A stretch of 64,000 nt of DNA from NCBI GenBank assembly GCA_907165135.1, contig OU015567.1:2480001-2544000 (forward strand), in the 5' to 3' direction. Below, piece by piece: positions 26,104-38,956 of the stretch. How positions within the stretch are numbered: the first letter of the stretch is position 1; each line of letters opens with the position of its first letter. The DNA is from Oikopleura dioica. Taxonomy: Eukaryota; Animalia; Chordata. Under the pieces are notes generated by a model. That model had not been told where the DNA came from. It was given only the letters and a program-made list of their open reading frames with translations, and ran no database searches. The position numbers were made by a program, and so were the translations under genes.

Positions 26104-26496
26104 TTAAGTATGTAAAAGTACTTTCCAGGGAGTGCACAGAGGTGCTCGGGTGCTCAAAATGATCATGGCTCGAAAAATGTTTAAGGGACCTGGGCGAGCA
26201 GCGCTGAGCCAAACTTCACGCGCTCGCCGTTCTTGTTAGAAATAAGATTTTTTGAAGTTTCTTTTTGTAAATTCTATCTCCCAATCTTCAGCTTTACCCA
26301 ACCCATCCTGACTGCTGAATCATCAGAACTTACATATGCATTAAGCATATGGTATAAGTGTTCCGTGGTGGTTACTTATATGATTTTAAAGTAACATCCG
26401 TTGAACCTCTGGTGTTAATGAAATATGATAGTCATCGCACAAATGTCATAAGAAATATAAATACGGACGAAGGATAAGTATGCTTATGGTTTCTTT

Positions 26497-27164
26497 GAGT
26501 CACGCTAACTTGCCCAAGACGCTAACTTCCCCAGACGCTAACTTCCCCAAAACGCTAACTTCCCCAAGGTTGTGCAAATTAGCGTCTGGGGAAGTTAGCG
26601 TCTTGGGCAAGTTAGCGTCAAAGCTTCCCGTTAGAGAAAATAATATTTTTTCTCGAAATTTTTCGAAGCCTCAATTTTCGGAACACTTAATACAGTATTC
26701 AGAAAATATTAGTAGGAGCGATTTTTTATAAGTCATTTAGACAGAGGTTTGAGAATTCAGGCATTTTTTGGGATTAATGTTCTAATAATAACGCTTCAAA
26801 ATAATCAAAGATATTATATATTTTAAATAATAAGAGCTCAGATTTTATTATTGACTGTCAAAATAAGTGTACTCCCGGAGTACAAAAATATTATTTCAAA
26901 ACGTCAAATTAAATTTGCTCAAAAGAAATAGAAAATATTCACGAGGAAAGGTCGAGGTTAGATTCTAAGAGACGACTGTCTACCAAACTAAGACATGCTG
27001 AAAGAGCCATTCAACGTTCAACGGATCGCCCACGCATTTAAGACGCTAACTTGCCCAAGACGCTAACTTCCCCAAAACGCTGAAATGCCCAACGTTGGGG
27101 AAGTTAGCGTCTGGGGAAGTTAGCGTCTGGGGAAGTTAGCGTCTTGGGGAAGTTAACGTGACTC
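26497..27164. mobile_element. MULE/foldback-like non-autonomous element
   Basis: gagtcacg...cgtgactc termini and 9-bp TSD ggtttcttt (26488-26496, 27165-27173). Subterminal arrays of 15-16 bp gacgctaacttcccc units occur in both orientations at each end. Confidence 0.85.
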
Positions 27165-28354
27165 GGTTTCTTTCTATAATTCTGAAAACTTTTAAGAAAT
27201 ATGGTTTGATAAATTTTTTTTGCGTGTTTATTTCGAAACCTGAAATTTTTGTTTCAAATAACAGCACTTTCCAAATTTTAGAAATTGAAAACGTCTGAGT
27301 TGTCGGCTATCGTGTTGGATTGGATCGGATTAATACGAGAGCGGGTTTGGGAGGCACGACGGGCCCGCTGAATCTACGGCTAAGCTTTTTGCCAGAAAAG
27401 AAAAAATACTTCCTCCTCGCGATCAAAGAGAGTCATTTTCTTTTTGGTTGACATTTCATTTTTTTATGCGGAAGGACGGTTTTAGAATCCGCCGCAACTA
27501 AAACAACCACGTTTTTTGGTAATTTAATTGATTTTCGTTGATATTGAACATGCTCGAAAATAATCGAGTTTTTCAATAAGACGAATTTTACATATGATTC
27601 ATATGAATCATATGATATGATATGAACAAATTAAAATTATTGAACAAAATCTTGCAAAAAAAGAAAGAGTTTAACCTGACAACATCAAATCGCGGGAACA
27701 TGACGTTCCGACACGACAAGCGGCTATAATCATCCTTCGTGTTTCCGGAAAAATGAGACGAGAAATGAGCTTTCCAAAGCGCCCACCGGAAAATTTCATA
27801 TCGCACTTTTCTCTCAATCGAATCATTTTTCAAATAAAACCTTCATAAGCGACTTTCAACGAACGTCTAAAAATCACGCGCTGACCTGATTACCTTGGCT
27901 TGGATAAGCGAGGTTAGAGCGGTAGAACTTAATCGAATGAAAATCATGGTGATTTTGGCCGGCCAGGCTCGTGACCTTTTTGCGCTAAATTTTCACTTCG
28001 CTCGAATCTGATCAAGTCACTCTTATCACGGCAGCTGCCCTTTCCCGCTACATGCACTTTTACATTGCTCAACCAACTTTCCTGGCATTCGTTTCCGCCT
28101 AGCTTTCAGGTTATGAAGAGCAACTTTTTTCGAACTAAAAAACGTGAGGTGCAGCGAAAAAAATATCTGAGATAGCCACAGAACACTTGTCACACCATCA
28201 CATAATGACTACAGTGGTTAGAGGTCGCCAGGGGTGGATCATCTTGATTCTCCGCCACTTCTTAGAATAAACCTCGCTATTGCGGGGTTACTCCAGGTTT
28301 CTTTCCATGGATTCGAAGCTTAATTCCAGTCTGAGTGATTTCAAACAGAAAAAA

Positions 28355-28428
28355 TTAAGGGTGTCAATATATTAGCTTTAGCACAAAACCAAGTCAAAAA
28401 ATTGGAATTATGTTGACGAAGCCCTTAA
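28355..28428. repeat. Mini TTAA-GGG...CCC-TTAA element
   Basis: ttaagggtgtcaa ... ttgacgaagcccttaa. The same terminus occurs at 46471-46600, 15984-15996 and 32801-32813. Confidence 0.5.
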
Positions 28429-28847
28429 GTTACCATTATTTACAATCAAAGAAATGCTTTATTTTAGTCAGTTTTTCATTTAAAAAAGCGAGATCAAGGG
28501 TGTCATTATGAAAATTCATATTTAAAAAAGAGGAATTATGGTTTACTCAGGATGACTTGTTCTTCCTTTTGAATGTTTCTCTATTTATAAGATGGCTTTC
28601 TAACATTTTTATCAACTAATTCTGAACTCTGACTGTGCGCCAAACTTGAGCTGCTGCGAGTCGCGAATTCAATTAGGGCTTTGTTCATAACAAGTGATTA
28701 CAAGCGTTATCGGGCGCTTACGTGTATTTGCTTCCATATCATTCTTTACGGACGTGGCTGTTGTAGGGCAAAAGTTAAGCTTGGTAAAGGACAGGTTCTT
28801 CTTTTTAATAATTTATTGATTTTCTTTAGACAAAAGAAAATTAGTTT

Positions 28848-30089
28848 CTATCCGCTTAAATGCTTCATGCAAACGCAGATATGCTCGTGATCGTTATAAT
28901 CTAAAAAAATCATGAAAAATATTCGAATAAGAGTCTTTATAAATACCATGCTCTTTGCATTCTTTCCAGTCGCCATCAGGTTTCGCCTGGAAGTAATAAA
29001 CAATTGGATCATCTTCATCTTCAAAGTAGTCGCAGTCAATATTTTCTGACGTCGCTACATGTTCTTGTGGGACGGGTTCTGAGAATTCTAGATTTTCATC
29101 CAACCAGTAATGCTTTTTAGGGTTCCGCACGATTGGGACAGAGACTTTAAATTTACCAAAATTTTTTTATTCTACTAAAAATGACTAGTAGAATCCATTT
29201 CCGATCCTAGTTTCTCCTAAAAGCCATTTTTTCTGTCATTTTAAAGCTATTTAAAAATACAAAGTTTAATTAGCTTCTGCGCTCTGATTGGTCAGCTGCG
29301 CAAGGGACTTTTTCTAGACTGAAGATTCTTCCATCTGAACAACACAGTCAGAAATTCGACCAATCAGCGCGCGGGAAATGAAAATGTTAATGCTTATGAA
29401 AACTTTAATTGATCAGCCCACAAAAAGTTCGCTGAGTTATAATTTCATTTTAAAACAAAAACTAAAAAGCATTGCTTTTTCTTCTCGGTCTTGTATCCCA
29501 TCCACACTTTTTCCTCGTGACAATTTGCAGCAAGAAACTTTATTATATTCTCAGCCGTTTCCTCAGACTCGATTTGAAGTGGTTTATCTTCATATGAGCG
29601 ACAGTAGCTAACACATTCGTCGAATTGCATCCAGGACTTTTCAAAATCGTACGCTGGAATCGATGATGATGTCGTCGATCATTTCGTTGTTGTTGTGAGG
29701 AGAGTTGCTGTTGTTGACTTCGTAGTTGAAGTATTTGATGTTGGGGAGGATGGTGCTGTAGTTGTTGTCGCTGATGTCGAAATCGCTGAAGTGGAAGTTG
29801 CCGAACTTTGTGAGGTTGCTGATGACGAACTAGATATTATTGAAGTTCTAGTGGAGCTTGAAGTATAAGCTGAAGTATTCATAGTGGTCGAAGAATGTGT
29901 TGTCGCTGATGTCGAAATCGCTGATGTGGGAGTCGGTGAACTATGAGAGGTTGAAGTTGTCGAGCTTGATATTGTTTGAGTTCTTGTCGAGCTCGGAGTA
30001 TTCGCTGATGTATATTTTGTTGTCGAAGAAACTGTTGTTTCCTCAGAAGCGGCAGTTTCTTCTAAAAGGACAACATCTTTCTTTTCCAT
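28848..30089 (-). pseudogene. Ser/Thr-rich (mucin-like) stalk + C-type-lectin-like domain gene with an in-frame TGA; 5' end uncertain
   Basis: The S/T-rich ORF 30089-29679 continues in frame past TGA (29681-29679) into KSWMQFDECVSYC...VWMGY. Later exons give HYWLDE...C...GDWKEC and HICVC* (28848). Confidence 0.6.
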
Positions 30090-30630
30090 ATAAAGCGGTT
30101 CCAGTAAAACTGTTCCAACAAGACAAAATCAAATTGCGTACAAAAAAATCTGTAACCATTTTCTCTTTTTTTTCCGGAGACATTATTTATAATACTTAAG
30201 ATCAGGTCATTCGAATGTTTTATCCTTTGCGCTTTATTTGTTTATGCGGAAGAGCAGCTGCCTAAGATACATTTTCCGCGAGTATTTATCAATGATTTTA
30301 TGCGCTTTTTGTCAGGCAAGAGCAAGGTCTTTGCGAATAAACATCGCCTTTCGAATGGTTGTTCCTAGAAAACAATCAAAGATTTCAAATCATAAAATTT
30401 CTTTCAATATTACTCCTCAAAAAATAATCTCTTTGAAGAGTTCGCCTTACATCTCGCAAAAACGGGAAATTACAATATCTGACATGCGTCTAAAGAATCC
30501 GGCTTATCCTTCCTTACCTTATTTTCTCGCACCTCCACTCTCTAATGGACGCGACATTTATATAATCGACAGATTTCCGTCTTTCAATCAGAATCGAAGT
30601 CCGAATAAAAAAAGGAGAAAGGATAAGAAA

Positions 30631-31021
30631 ATGAACTTTTTAAAACTTTTTGGTGTTTTCGGAACCATGGTTTCTGCAACGGATTTTTCGCTGACTGACA
30701 TGGCCAATGTCTATCAGGTAATAATTTCTAATAATCAGTTATAATTATGAAACCTTCTAAATTAACCTTAATTTCATCAAAAACATAATTGAGGTGCAAG
30801 AAATAGACTGAGAAATGAAAAATATTTGAATACAAAACACTAAATGCTCTTAATTATGACTCTATTTTGAAACAAAAAGATCAATTTAAAAAACATGTTT
30901 TCAGAAACGCAGCGGCTACTCGATGCCCTTCGTCAAGCGGGCCAACATTGGCGACCCGATGCTACGACGATTCATTGCGCTCATGGATCAGTTCGAAGCA
31001 GAACAGGCTGCTCGAAATTGA
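30631..31021 (+). CDS. Putative neuropeptide/peptide-hormone precursor (67 aa)
   Basis: Exons 30631-30717 and 30905-31021 with a canonical GT-AG phase-0 intron give MNFLKLFGVFGTMVSA-TDFSLTDMANVYQ-KR-SGYSMPFV-KR-ANIGDPML-RR-FIALMDQFEAEQAARN*. Confidence 0.72.
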
Positions 31022-32608
31022 AATTGAAATTTTTCTTTGAATAAATGAATTTTTCTTCTCTTTTCTTTTTTTGCTTGAATAGTTTCTAAAAATTTAAAAA
31101 ATTAAGCGTTCTCTTTTTTTTTGTTTTCTAAGCTTCGCTTATCAGAGTGTTCTAGCTGTGAACACAAATAGCGATAGAGCCAGGGCCCGTCTTTCGCGTA
31201 AGAAGAAAAACCGATGAAGACAAGAAGATATTCTAGAGCTTCTAAAAGAATATTTATCTATCATTTCTTACCCATCGAAAATGGACGAGTTCAGAAAACC
31301 TCGATTCAGATGACGCCTTTTTCCAACAAAGCCCAACAAAAGAGGGTCGAAACAGAATTTTTGATGCAATGACTTTTATCAGTAAAACTTCACCGTCGAA
31401 GATTTTCCAAAAGCGATCTTGCCCTCTTTCGACTCGTAAACTTGGCCTTTTAAAAGTCCCATTTTCAACTTCCCGAGTTTCCAGTTTGAAAAGTGATCAT
31501 TAGCGAAGTTCTGAAGCTTTACGAAGACCGCGATAGCTTATCGATAGATAGGGCCTGAAAATTATGGTCGCGAATTTGAACCCTATTTTGACTTGTATAA
31601 CGATAACCGTAGCGGTGGTCGCCAGTCGAGATTTTGGCAATAAAAATGCTCTTCTGTATCTCTTCCTCGGATAATTGCTCTTCTGGAAAAGAGGTTGAAT
31701 CGGTACGACACTATTTTACCTAACCCTAACACAGAACGAAAAAAATGATAAAAAACGAAGAAAATCCAATTTCAACCAGCTCATCTCCGGGTGACTTCTA
31801 AAGAAGCGGCGAGTAAAGGTCAATTCCACCGACCGCAGCTGGGTGAAGAAAGCACCAAAAACAACCTCACAACCGGAAATGAATGTGTTGCATCAACCTT
31901 TTTTCTTGCAAGAAGGATAAGGATACGGATTAAGTTGACAAAAAGATGGGATAATTATGACCAAAATTTTGGTCAGATTTTAGACCAATAAGATGGTGGA
32001 GTTTGGCTGACTTTAATAATTGGCCAATAAGATAACGAGTCGTCGCAGAATTTCAAATTTTTTTATAGATTTTGTCGACTCGAAAATCCACCCAATTCGT
32101 AGCTTTTTATCTCTCTCCTCAAAATTTATTACTCTCCAAATTTTGGTCCAAAATTCACGTTATTTCTAGTTTCCTTTCCGCAAACACATGTTTGCACTTT
32201 TCTGGTTCTTTTTATCCGACGTCATGTTTCTTCAGAAAAGCGCGTTTGTTTTGCGTTTGCGATAAGCTTTCTCCTTTGCGAACCGTAAACTCGCCCTCAA
32301 AATACCAAATCTTTCCAATTCTTCTTTCTGCCAATCAATTCTTTGTCAATCAAGACGAAAAATACGAGTCATTTTTAATTGTCGCGAAAATAAAAGCGCG
32401 GCCACTTGTCTCTCTCTTAGAAAGTGTAGGACACGGATTTGAATATGTCAAAATCAAAAGGCAATTATCATCTGCTTATCTGACAAGCTGCATGAAAGAT
32501 AGAAGCCGCCATGTCAAGCGACATTTGAATTGAAACTGTCAATTTTTAACTGCAATATTTTTTTGTAATAAAATAAATTTCTTGGTATATATAAGTCGCT
32601 GGATCTTT

Positions 32609-32927
32609 CTATGACGACTTGAAAAAACAAGCAAACCGAGCGGGCTCAGATTGAGACCATCTGCGGATGTCATGATCATTGTCAAGCGCTGACAGCTTGA
32701 TTTGTTTGAGCACTTGTACATCCATCAATAACACAGTGGCTTTAGCATCACAGGCGACGGAAGGTTACGAGATCGTTGATTCAAAAACAGTCTTTTTTCG
32801 TTGACACCCTTAATGAAGAAACCTGTGTCAGCGTCTTACTCAGGCTTCTACGCAGATCAGCATTGTATTGCTTCTTCATAAGTAATGAATCATAACCGTC
32901 ATTTTCAAGTTCACGGTGTTGATTTTT
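32609..32927 (-). CDS. Last two exons of a possible unrecognised gene
   Basis: Exons 32927-32840 and 32739-32609, joined by a GT-AG phase-1 intron, read KNQHRELENDGYDSLLMKKQYNADLRRSLTTVLLMDVQVLKQIKLSALDNDHDIRRWSQSEPARFACFFKSS*. Upstream exons were not resolved. Confidence 0.3.
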
Positions 32928-35827
32928 CTCCAGAAAAGACGAAGATCAAACAACGGAGGTCTCCTTAGTGGAGGCTAAGTCAAAGAGGAAATTTTTCGAA
33001 CACAGTTCTTTTGAGCTTATGTCAGCATGAACTTGAGCTCAAGACTGGCTGAAATCGGAGCGAAGCGATTATCCTCAGAACTCAACGGGAACGTTTTATA
33101 CACGCTTCTTGAGCTTCACAGTTATCGTGAATTGTAAGAAGCCTGGAAGTGCGGGGGATCAGGAAAGATCAGTCAATGGCAAAATCATTTCAGTATAGCT
33201 CGAGGAAACTCACTAGAAGTCTGAGAAAAAATAGGCTCCTCACGAAAACGAATAAATGATTCGAGCGAAAAGCAATGGAAGTCTTTTTTGTCAGTTTTAT
33301 TATCAGATTCATTGAATGGAATAATTTGATAAAGAAATAAATTCGATCATAACAACTCCCATTTTGCGGAAAAAGTTTATCGACAATACTCAGACTCTCA
33401 ATTCAGTTCAATTTGTCCCTGTCTGCCCGTTTCCTCCGCGCTCAGAGGGCGCTCCTGAGCCACGAGCGCGCGTTTTCCGCATCCCTTTTTCTTCTGATCG
33501 TGACTTTGAGGCGGCGCCAGAGAGCGCGTTTTCAGCGGGTTGAGGCGAAGAAATAAATTTGAATTTCTCTCGCTCTACTAAATTTTTTGCCATCTTGAAT
33601 CAGAAACAGAGGCGTTTCGGCATCGAAAAAAGATTGCATCAAGTTTTGCTTTTTGACGTTTTGAAGAAACAAAATTTTCAGAGAAAATCAGATTTTGAAA
33701 AAATAAAGAAGATTTGAATAGAAAACGAAAACGACCGGTTAAATAAAAATCGAGAGTGTAAATTTGAATAAGAAGAAAGAATTCTTTTACGAAAAAGCTT
33801 AATCTAAAAAGGTAATTCGACAAATGATTTTCAATTCTGAAGAACTAGAATTTTGCTAAAACAATCAGTTTTTGACGGGAAATTATAGAGGATCGGAAAA
33901 ATAGGGATTCAAATTTAAAGAGGTGCAATTTGTTTTTGATTGGTTGACTAAGACAATAGCGCGTTCTGATTGGCTTAGAAAAGCCCTATAAGATCTTGGA
34001 CCAAGGCGCTCGAAAAACGAAAATCAGCATGAAAAATCTTTCCGCCTAATGAAAATAAGCATCAATCCCGCCAAGCGATATTAGATTCTCCGGGAACACA
34101 ATTCAATTAATCTGATCCCGCGCGACGCGCTTTCGAAATTTCTAGAGCTCCCGTAGCGAAACTAAAAACCCGCGGAAAATCAAACATCTGTCAATCTTCC
34201 ACTCTCTTCTTTTTTAGAAAAATGAGGCGGCAATTGAAGTACCATAAAATTTTAGGGTTTTAGGAAAATCTGGTTATTATTTTTCTTAAAAAAATTTAAA
34301 ATGGTCGTTATTTTTTCTTGATTTAATGTATTATAATTTAAGGGCATCATCGTTATAAATTTCTCTGATCAAAATTATAGGAAGTCCCTTAAGAATTCGT
34401 TTTTTTTTATTTTGAAAATCAAGCGTTAGGAGCCTAGAAAATGCCATGTTATCCCAGACGGGTTAAAAAGACCAATCCAAGGTTAGAACCTTATTTTGAA
34501 CGTGACAGTCGGCGATGAACTTTTGGTAAATCTGCGTAAAGTGGATTTCTCCAGAATCACAATCTCGCTCTACTTTCGACCGCAGAATCGACATTTATGG
34601 GTCCTGTCCCTTAATTTCTGCCTCCCGTGGCAGATTTCTGTCATCAATTTATTATGCAAAGCAGCCTTTTTAGAAATTAAAAAAGGAATGAAAGAAAATC
34701 GAGTTATCAAACTGACAGGTGCTTGATTTTACGGCGGGATTATCCGATTTATGAGTCATTACTTACGAGAGTCGCAGTAAAATTATCGATAAGGTTTCGA
34801 TAAAATTAAAACTCAATCGAAATCGGCTGATTTCTAAAGGGAAATGGATTAGATGAAAGATCGTTAATTTTTTGAAGAGAACGCGGTTCGTTTTTGGGAA
34901 AACATAAAATGTTCGATTATCGCTTTAATGAGTTGGTTAAACAAGAAGATAAAGTGTCGCTGTACTGACTCAAATCACTTTTTACTGTAAAAGAGCGCAT
35001 CTTAATTCAGTCTTACTAGAATAAAGGGCTTCCTGAAAAACGAGTTTAAGGGAGTCAATCCGTTAATCCTAAAAATGAAAGCCTTTCCCCTTGCCAGTCG
35101 CAAGTCGCAAGTTGGAAGTCGCAATTTGCAAATCTGAAAATCAATCCCTTCAAACTCCGCAATAGCGAGTCAGAGGAAACGCGAGAGAATAATGCTTACG
35201 TATGTGGTCTTGCGTTTCGTTTCTTATCAGGGTTGGAAAATGACCACGGTCGAGGGGCTTTCCTTTATCACATTAAACTACTTAAGATAGAAGCCACTTT
35301 ACTTATGACCTATTTTAAACGGAAAATCGAGTCGTTTTTTGCCAGAAATTTTGTTTTCTCAAAGAAGATCCTCAAAAAACTTGTCCTTTTTGAAGCTCAT
35401 TTCTTCTCCCCGAAAACGAGCGCTTTCGAGCGCGCGGGGCCGTCAAGCTGCATTTTCATTCCGCGCTGGCGGCTGGTGGATATATTTACACACCTAACTG
35501 ATCTATAATTTTCGCCTCTCGCCTACTCCTTAACCCCTTAGCGCGCCTTCTAAAGCGTGTCCCGCGCGGGCCGCTGTTCAGGCCGCTGACGCCGGTGCGT
35601 CTTCGCTACGCGGAAATGACCAGTTGCTCAGTTTCCTTTAACACGCATCTCAAACATGCCTGTAGCAAGCTTTTTGAACTCGAAAACCTACAACCATCCT
35701 CCTCGTCAGGTACTAATTACTACGAAGCAAGTGCAACGCAACAAACTTATCTAATCATACATTACTTGAGGCTCTTAATTAAAATTCAGTAAAACAAAGT
35801 TTTCGAGACAAAAAATAAAATTCATTG

Positions 35828-35929
35828 AAATCGAGAAGCCGCTTGCGGCTTGGAGATATAAACATTTTAGCCGCGCTTCACGCGGCTTTTTGGTGTTATA
35901 CTCGAAGCCGCAAGCGGCTTCTCGATTTC
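35828..35929. repeat. Nested-palindrome element (three AAGCCGC/GCGGCTT hairpins), copy 1
   Basis: gagaagccgcttgcggctt..agccgcgcttcacgcggct..aagccgcaagcggcttctc; the whole unit is an inverted repeat. Confidence 0.85.
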
Positions 35930-37049
35930 TATAATTCTTATCTTTTTTTCGAAAAACTTCTTTTTCGAGGTCTAGATCCTTAATTAAGTCGTGCTCAATA
36001 AAAGCCAACATCTCACATTTCAAAAAGAAAGCAACGTTTTTTTGAAAAAATCGGCTTTGGCCGTTGATTTTTATCCGCAGATCGGAAGCGCAGTCTGATT
36101 TCTCGCAAAATCGCGAAATAGAGGATCAAATTTATCCCGGGCTGATCCGTTGATACGACCGCCAGAGTGGCGCAGCACCTTTCAGATTTGCGCGGTCGAT
36201 AGTCGCCCACAGAACAGACCCAGAAACATTGGGAATAACATAATGATAAGGTACTATCGTTCGGGAGGGATTCGATGTATGGTGTCTGATAGTGGACGTA
36301 GTTCCTACATTGCAAATTGAGGGGCAATTGAGGCCAGTTAAAGAAGATCAGACGAAAATTGACGGCAATTTTGAGTTGTTAATTTTGGTGTAAGACATTT
36401 ATTGAATTGAGGAATACGGTAATTCGCTCAATTAAAGAAAGATACATTTTTAAAAGAAAAAACTTGACAATTTAAGTTCAAAGAATGGTATTCCGAGGCG
36501 TGTGGCTTGGAGTAAACATACTTGTCAAAATTGCGCGGTGAAATTCGCGCGCTTTCTCTCATTTTTCGCGCGGCAGATACATTTTCCCGGCGATAAGCAG
36601 CAGACCACGCCCGCTGAGACCAGGAATCTCATTTCTGGATTATCCAAAAAATCATGGAAGAATTTCATCTTTTTAACGCAAAAATGAATTGAAACCGCGG
36701 TTGGTATTGAAGGTGGTCTCGAATCAGACAACAGCTTGTGGTTACTGTATCTTTCAGCAAAGGTTAATCTGTTCAATGTCTAAGAAAATGCTCCCTGAGC
36801 ACCAAAATTATTTCGCGAATGCTTCACATTAGTTTCCCTCGATTCAGCAAGAAGTAAAACATTGTAAACCCAACTTGCGGTTTTCAAACGACTGGTCCTT
36901 TTTCTCATTTCATTTCTAAAAACAGAATCGAGCCGACACGTGTAGCGAAAAATTTTGCAATGCAAGCAAGCGCAAATATTTTTCAACCTTATAATTTCGA
37001 ATTGAAACATGCACGTTTTAAAGTTTTGAACTGACGTCATTAAGAAAGA

Positions 37050-37268
37050 TTTTCACCATTGAAACTGGGCTCGGCAACCTGTGTAGAAAACCTGAGTCAG
37101 GGCCTGGACGACAAAAAATTTAAAGCCGCGTAGCGGCTTTTTAAAAAACGAAGCCGCTTTGCGGCTAATTTAAAAAAAAAGCCGCTACGCGGCTATTCAT
37201 AACTTGTCCTTCAGACCCTGACTCAGGTTTTGGACACAGGCTGCCGAGCCTAGTTTTAACGGGGAAAA
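37050..37268. mobile_element. Palindromic MITE (ctgggctcggc termini) with internal AAGCCGC hairpins
   Basis: The arms are reverse complements across the element. A related copy lies at 47144-47362. Confidence 0.75.
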
Positions 37269-37709
37269 GCCTTCAAAATATTTCTGCGTCTGAAAATCCG
37301 GCTCTAGAATTCGCGAATTGCAAGAACTTGTAGTGCGGAACTTAAGACAGGTTACGTGAATATTTTTGGTTACGAAAGCAACTTATTTCAACTCCCGTAG
37401 CTGCGCGAAATTACGAATTCACATTTTTTTTCTTTTTACTCTTGAATTTCAAATTGTTCATGAATAAAACGAAATTCATTAAAATTACTATTTCGCTTTC
37501 GCGGGAAAATTATCCCAAGCGACGACTAGTAATTCTGCGTTCGAGCAAAAATGCAAAAACGCTGGAATTTTCAATTTTGAAAAAACACCCGCGACGTGGC
37601 GCGGTTCACACGTTTTTGAGCGCTTTTTGGAATTTTAATTTTACAAGACGCACGTTCCGAGAAAGCGCTTTTTGAATATTGTTCTTTGATTTTTCAGAAT
37701 ATTCAATTT

Positions 37710-37887
37710 ATTGAAAAAGAAGGAACCCTTACTCATTTACTAAGGAAAAGCGAGAAGCCGCTTGCGGCTTCGAGTTTCACAAGAATTAAGCCGCGCTTTG
37801 CGCGGCTTTTTTGCTTGTTTCTCTTGAAGCCGCAAGCGGCTACTCGCTTTTCCTCAGTCTATGAGTAAGGGTTCCTTCTTTTTCAAT
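37710..37887. repeat. Nested-palindrome element with extended arms
   Basis: ttgaaaaagaaggaacccttactcat...atgagtaagggttccttctttttcaa flanks the three-hairpin core. Confidence 0.85.
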
Positions 37888-38881
37888 AGAAATGATATTT
37901 TGATAATGAGTTCAGCTTATCGCAACCCTCCAAAAATTTCATAATCGCTCCATAAAAAGCCTGCTAAGGGGGTAATGCCGCTCTGAAACGGGCGCTCCTT
38001 AGCGGTCGGCTAAAATTTCGCGACCACAGCGGGCGGTCATAATGAGCTACTTTCGCTGGTCGCTCTAGAAACCGACCAATTGCGGTGGCAGTTCAACCTA
38101 TCTGGAGTCGATTCCCGCTTCTCAATCATTATCAGACTGAGTCGGAAATCGGTAAAATTACGCATGAATATTTATGAGACGCTTTCTTTCCCGAGGAAAA
38201 ACGGGAATTTCTGGGACTGTCGAGAGTCGTTTTTGCGGCTTTTTGGACGGCGACAGGTTAAAACCCGCACGTTTAGGGGAAGATTCATGGAAATAGGTTA
38301 ATATTTCAATATTTCAGCCATTTTCCTTGGCGAGCTATTTTTGCGAAGATTGCGATTCCGTGAAAAAAGCCTTCTAAGAGACAAACAATCACGTAAAAAC
38401 ATTAGAGGGCTAGATCCTTCTGGCCCCGCTTGACGAAAATATTTATGTCCTTGTGATTCAATTTCAAGCCCGCGAATTTGTAAACAGGAACGAATCGAGG
38501 CGCTATTTTTCCACGTTGAATAATAGAACATAAAGTGCGGGCTTTTTTTGGATTTTAATGAGTTAGCCAAATTTTAACCCGTTCTGTTTCTCTTGCACAA
38601 AATTTGCGTAATCTCACTAAAACTCAAGTATTTACCCTGAAAAAGAGTTAAAAATAAATCAATTAATAATATCTATTTAAAAATTTATTATTAAAAATAT
38701 CCCGAGAAAATAAGGGTGAACCTGTAAGCTAATTATGCCAATTATTTTGATTACATTGATTAAATTTCACGCAAGGAACTCAAATTATTTTCATGTTTTA
38801 TAACAAAAAGTATTTCCAAAAATAAAATGACACCGTAAAAAGTCAAATTTTCTGGATCTTACTAATAACTTAAATTTCTAA

Positions 38882-38956
38882 GGGCTTTCTAAATCTGTAT
38901 TATACTCCCACCCTACTAAGCTAGAAAAAACGCTCAAATATTAGTGATTTCCCCTA
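38882..38956. mobile_element. Solo right-end fragment of the hAT family seen at 8770-9728
   Basis: gggctttctaaa..gtattata..ccctactaag..aaaaaa.gctcaa.tattagtgattt.cccta aligns with 9655-9728. Confidence 0.7.

Noticed and set aside
31270-31991. Ser/Pro-rich open stretches on the plus strand downstream of the peptide precursor
   Set aside because: No confident start, splice chain or homology.
35530-37975. Possible piggyBac-like ends ttaacccctta gc / gctaagggggtaa
   Set aside because: Only about 11 bp match, with no TTAA on the right side.
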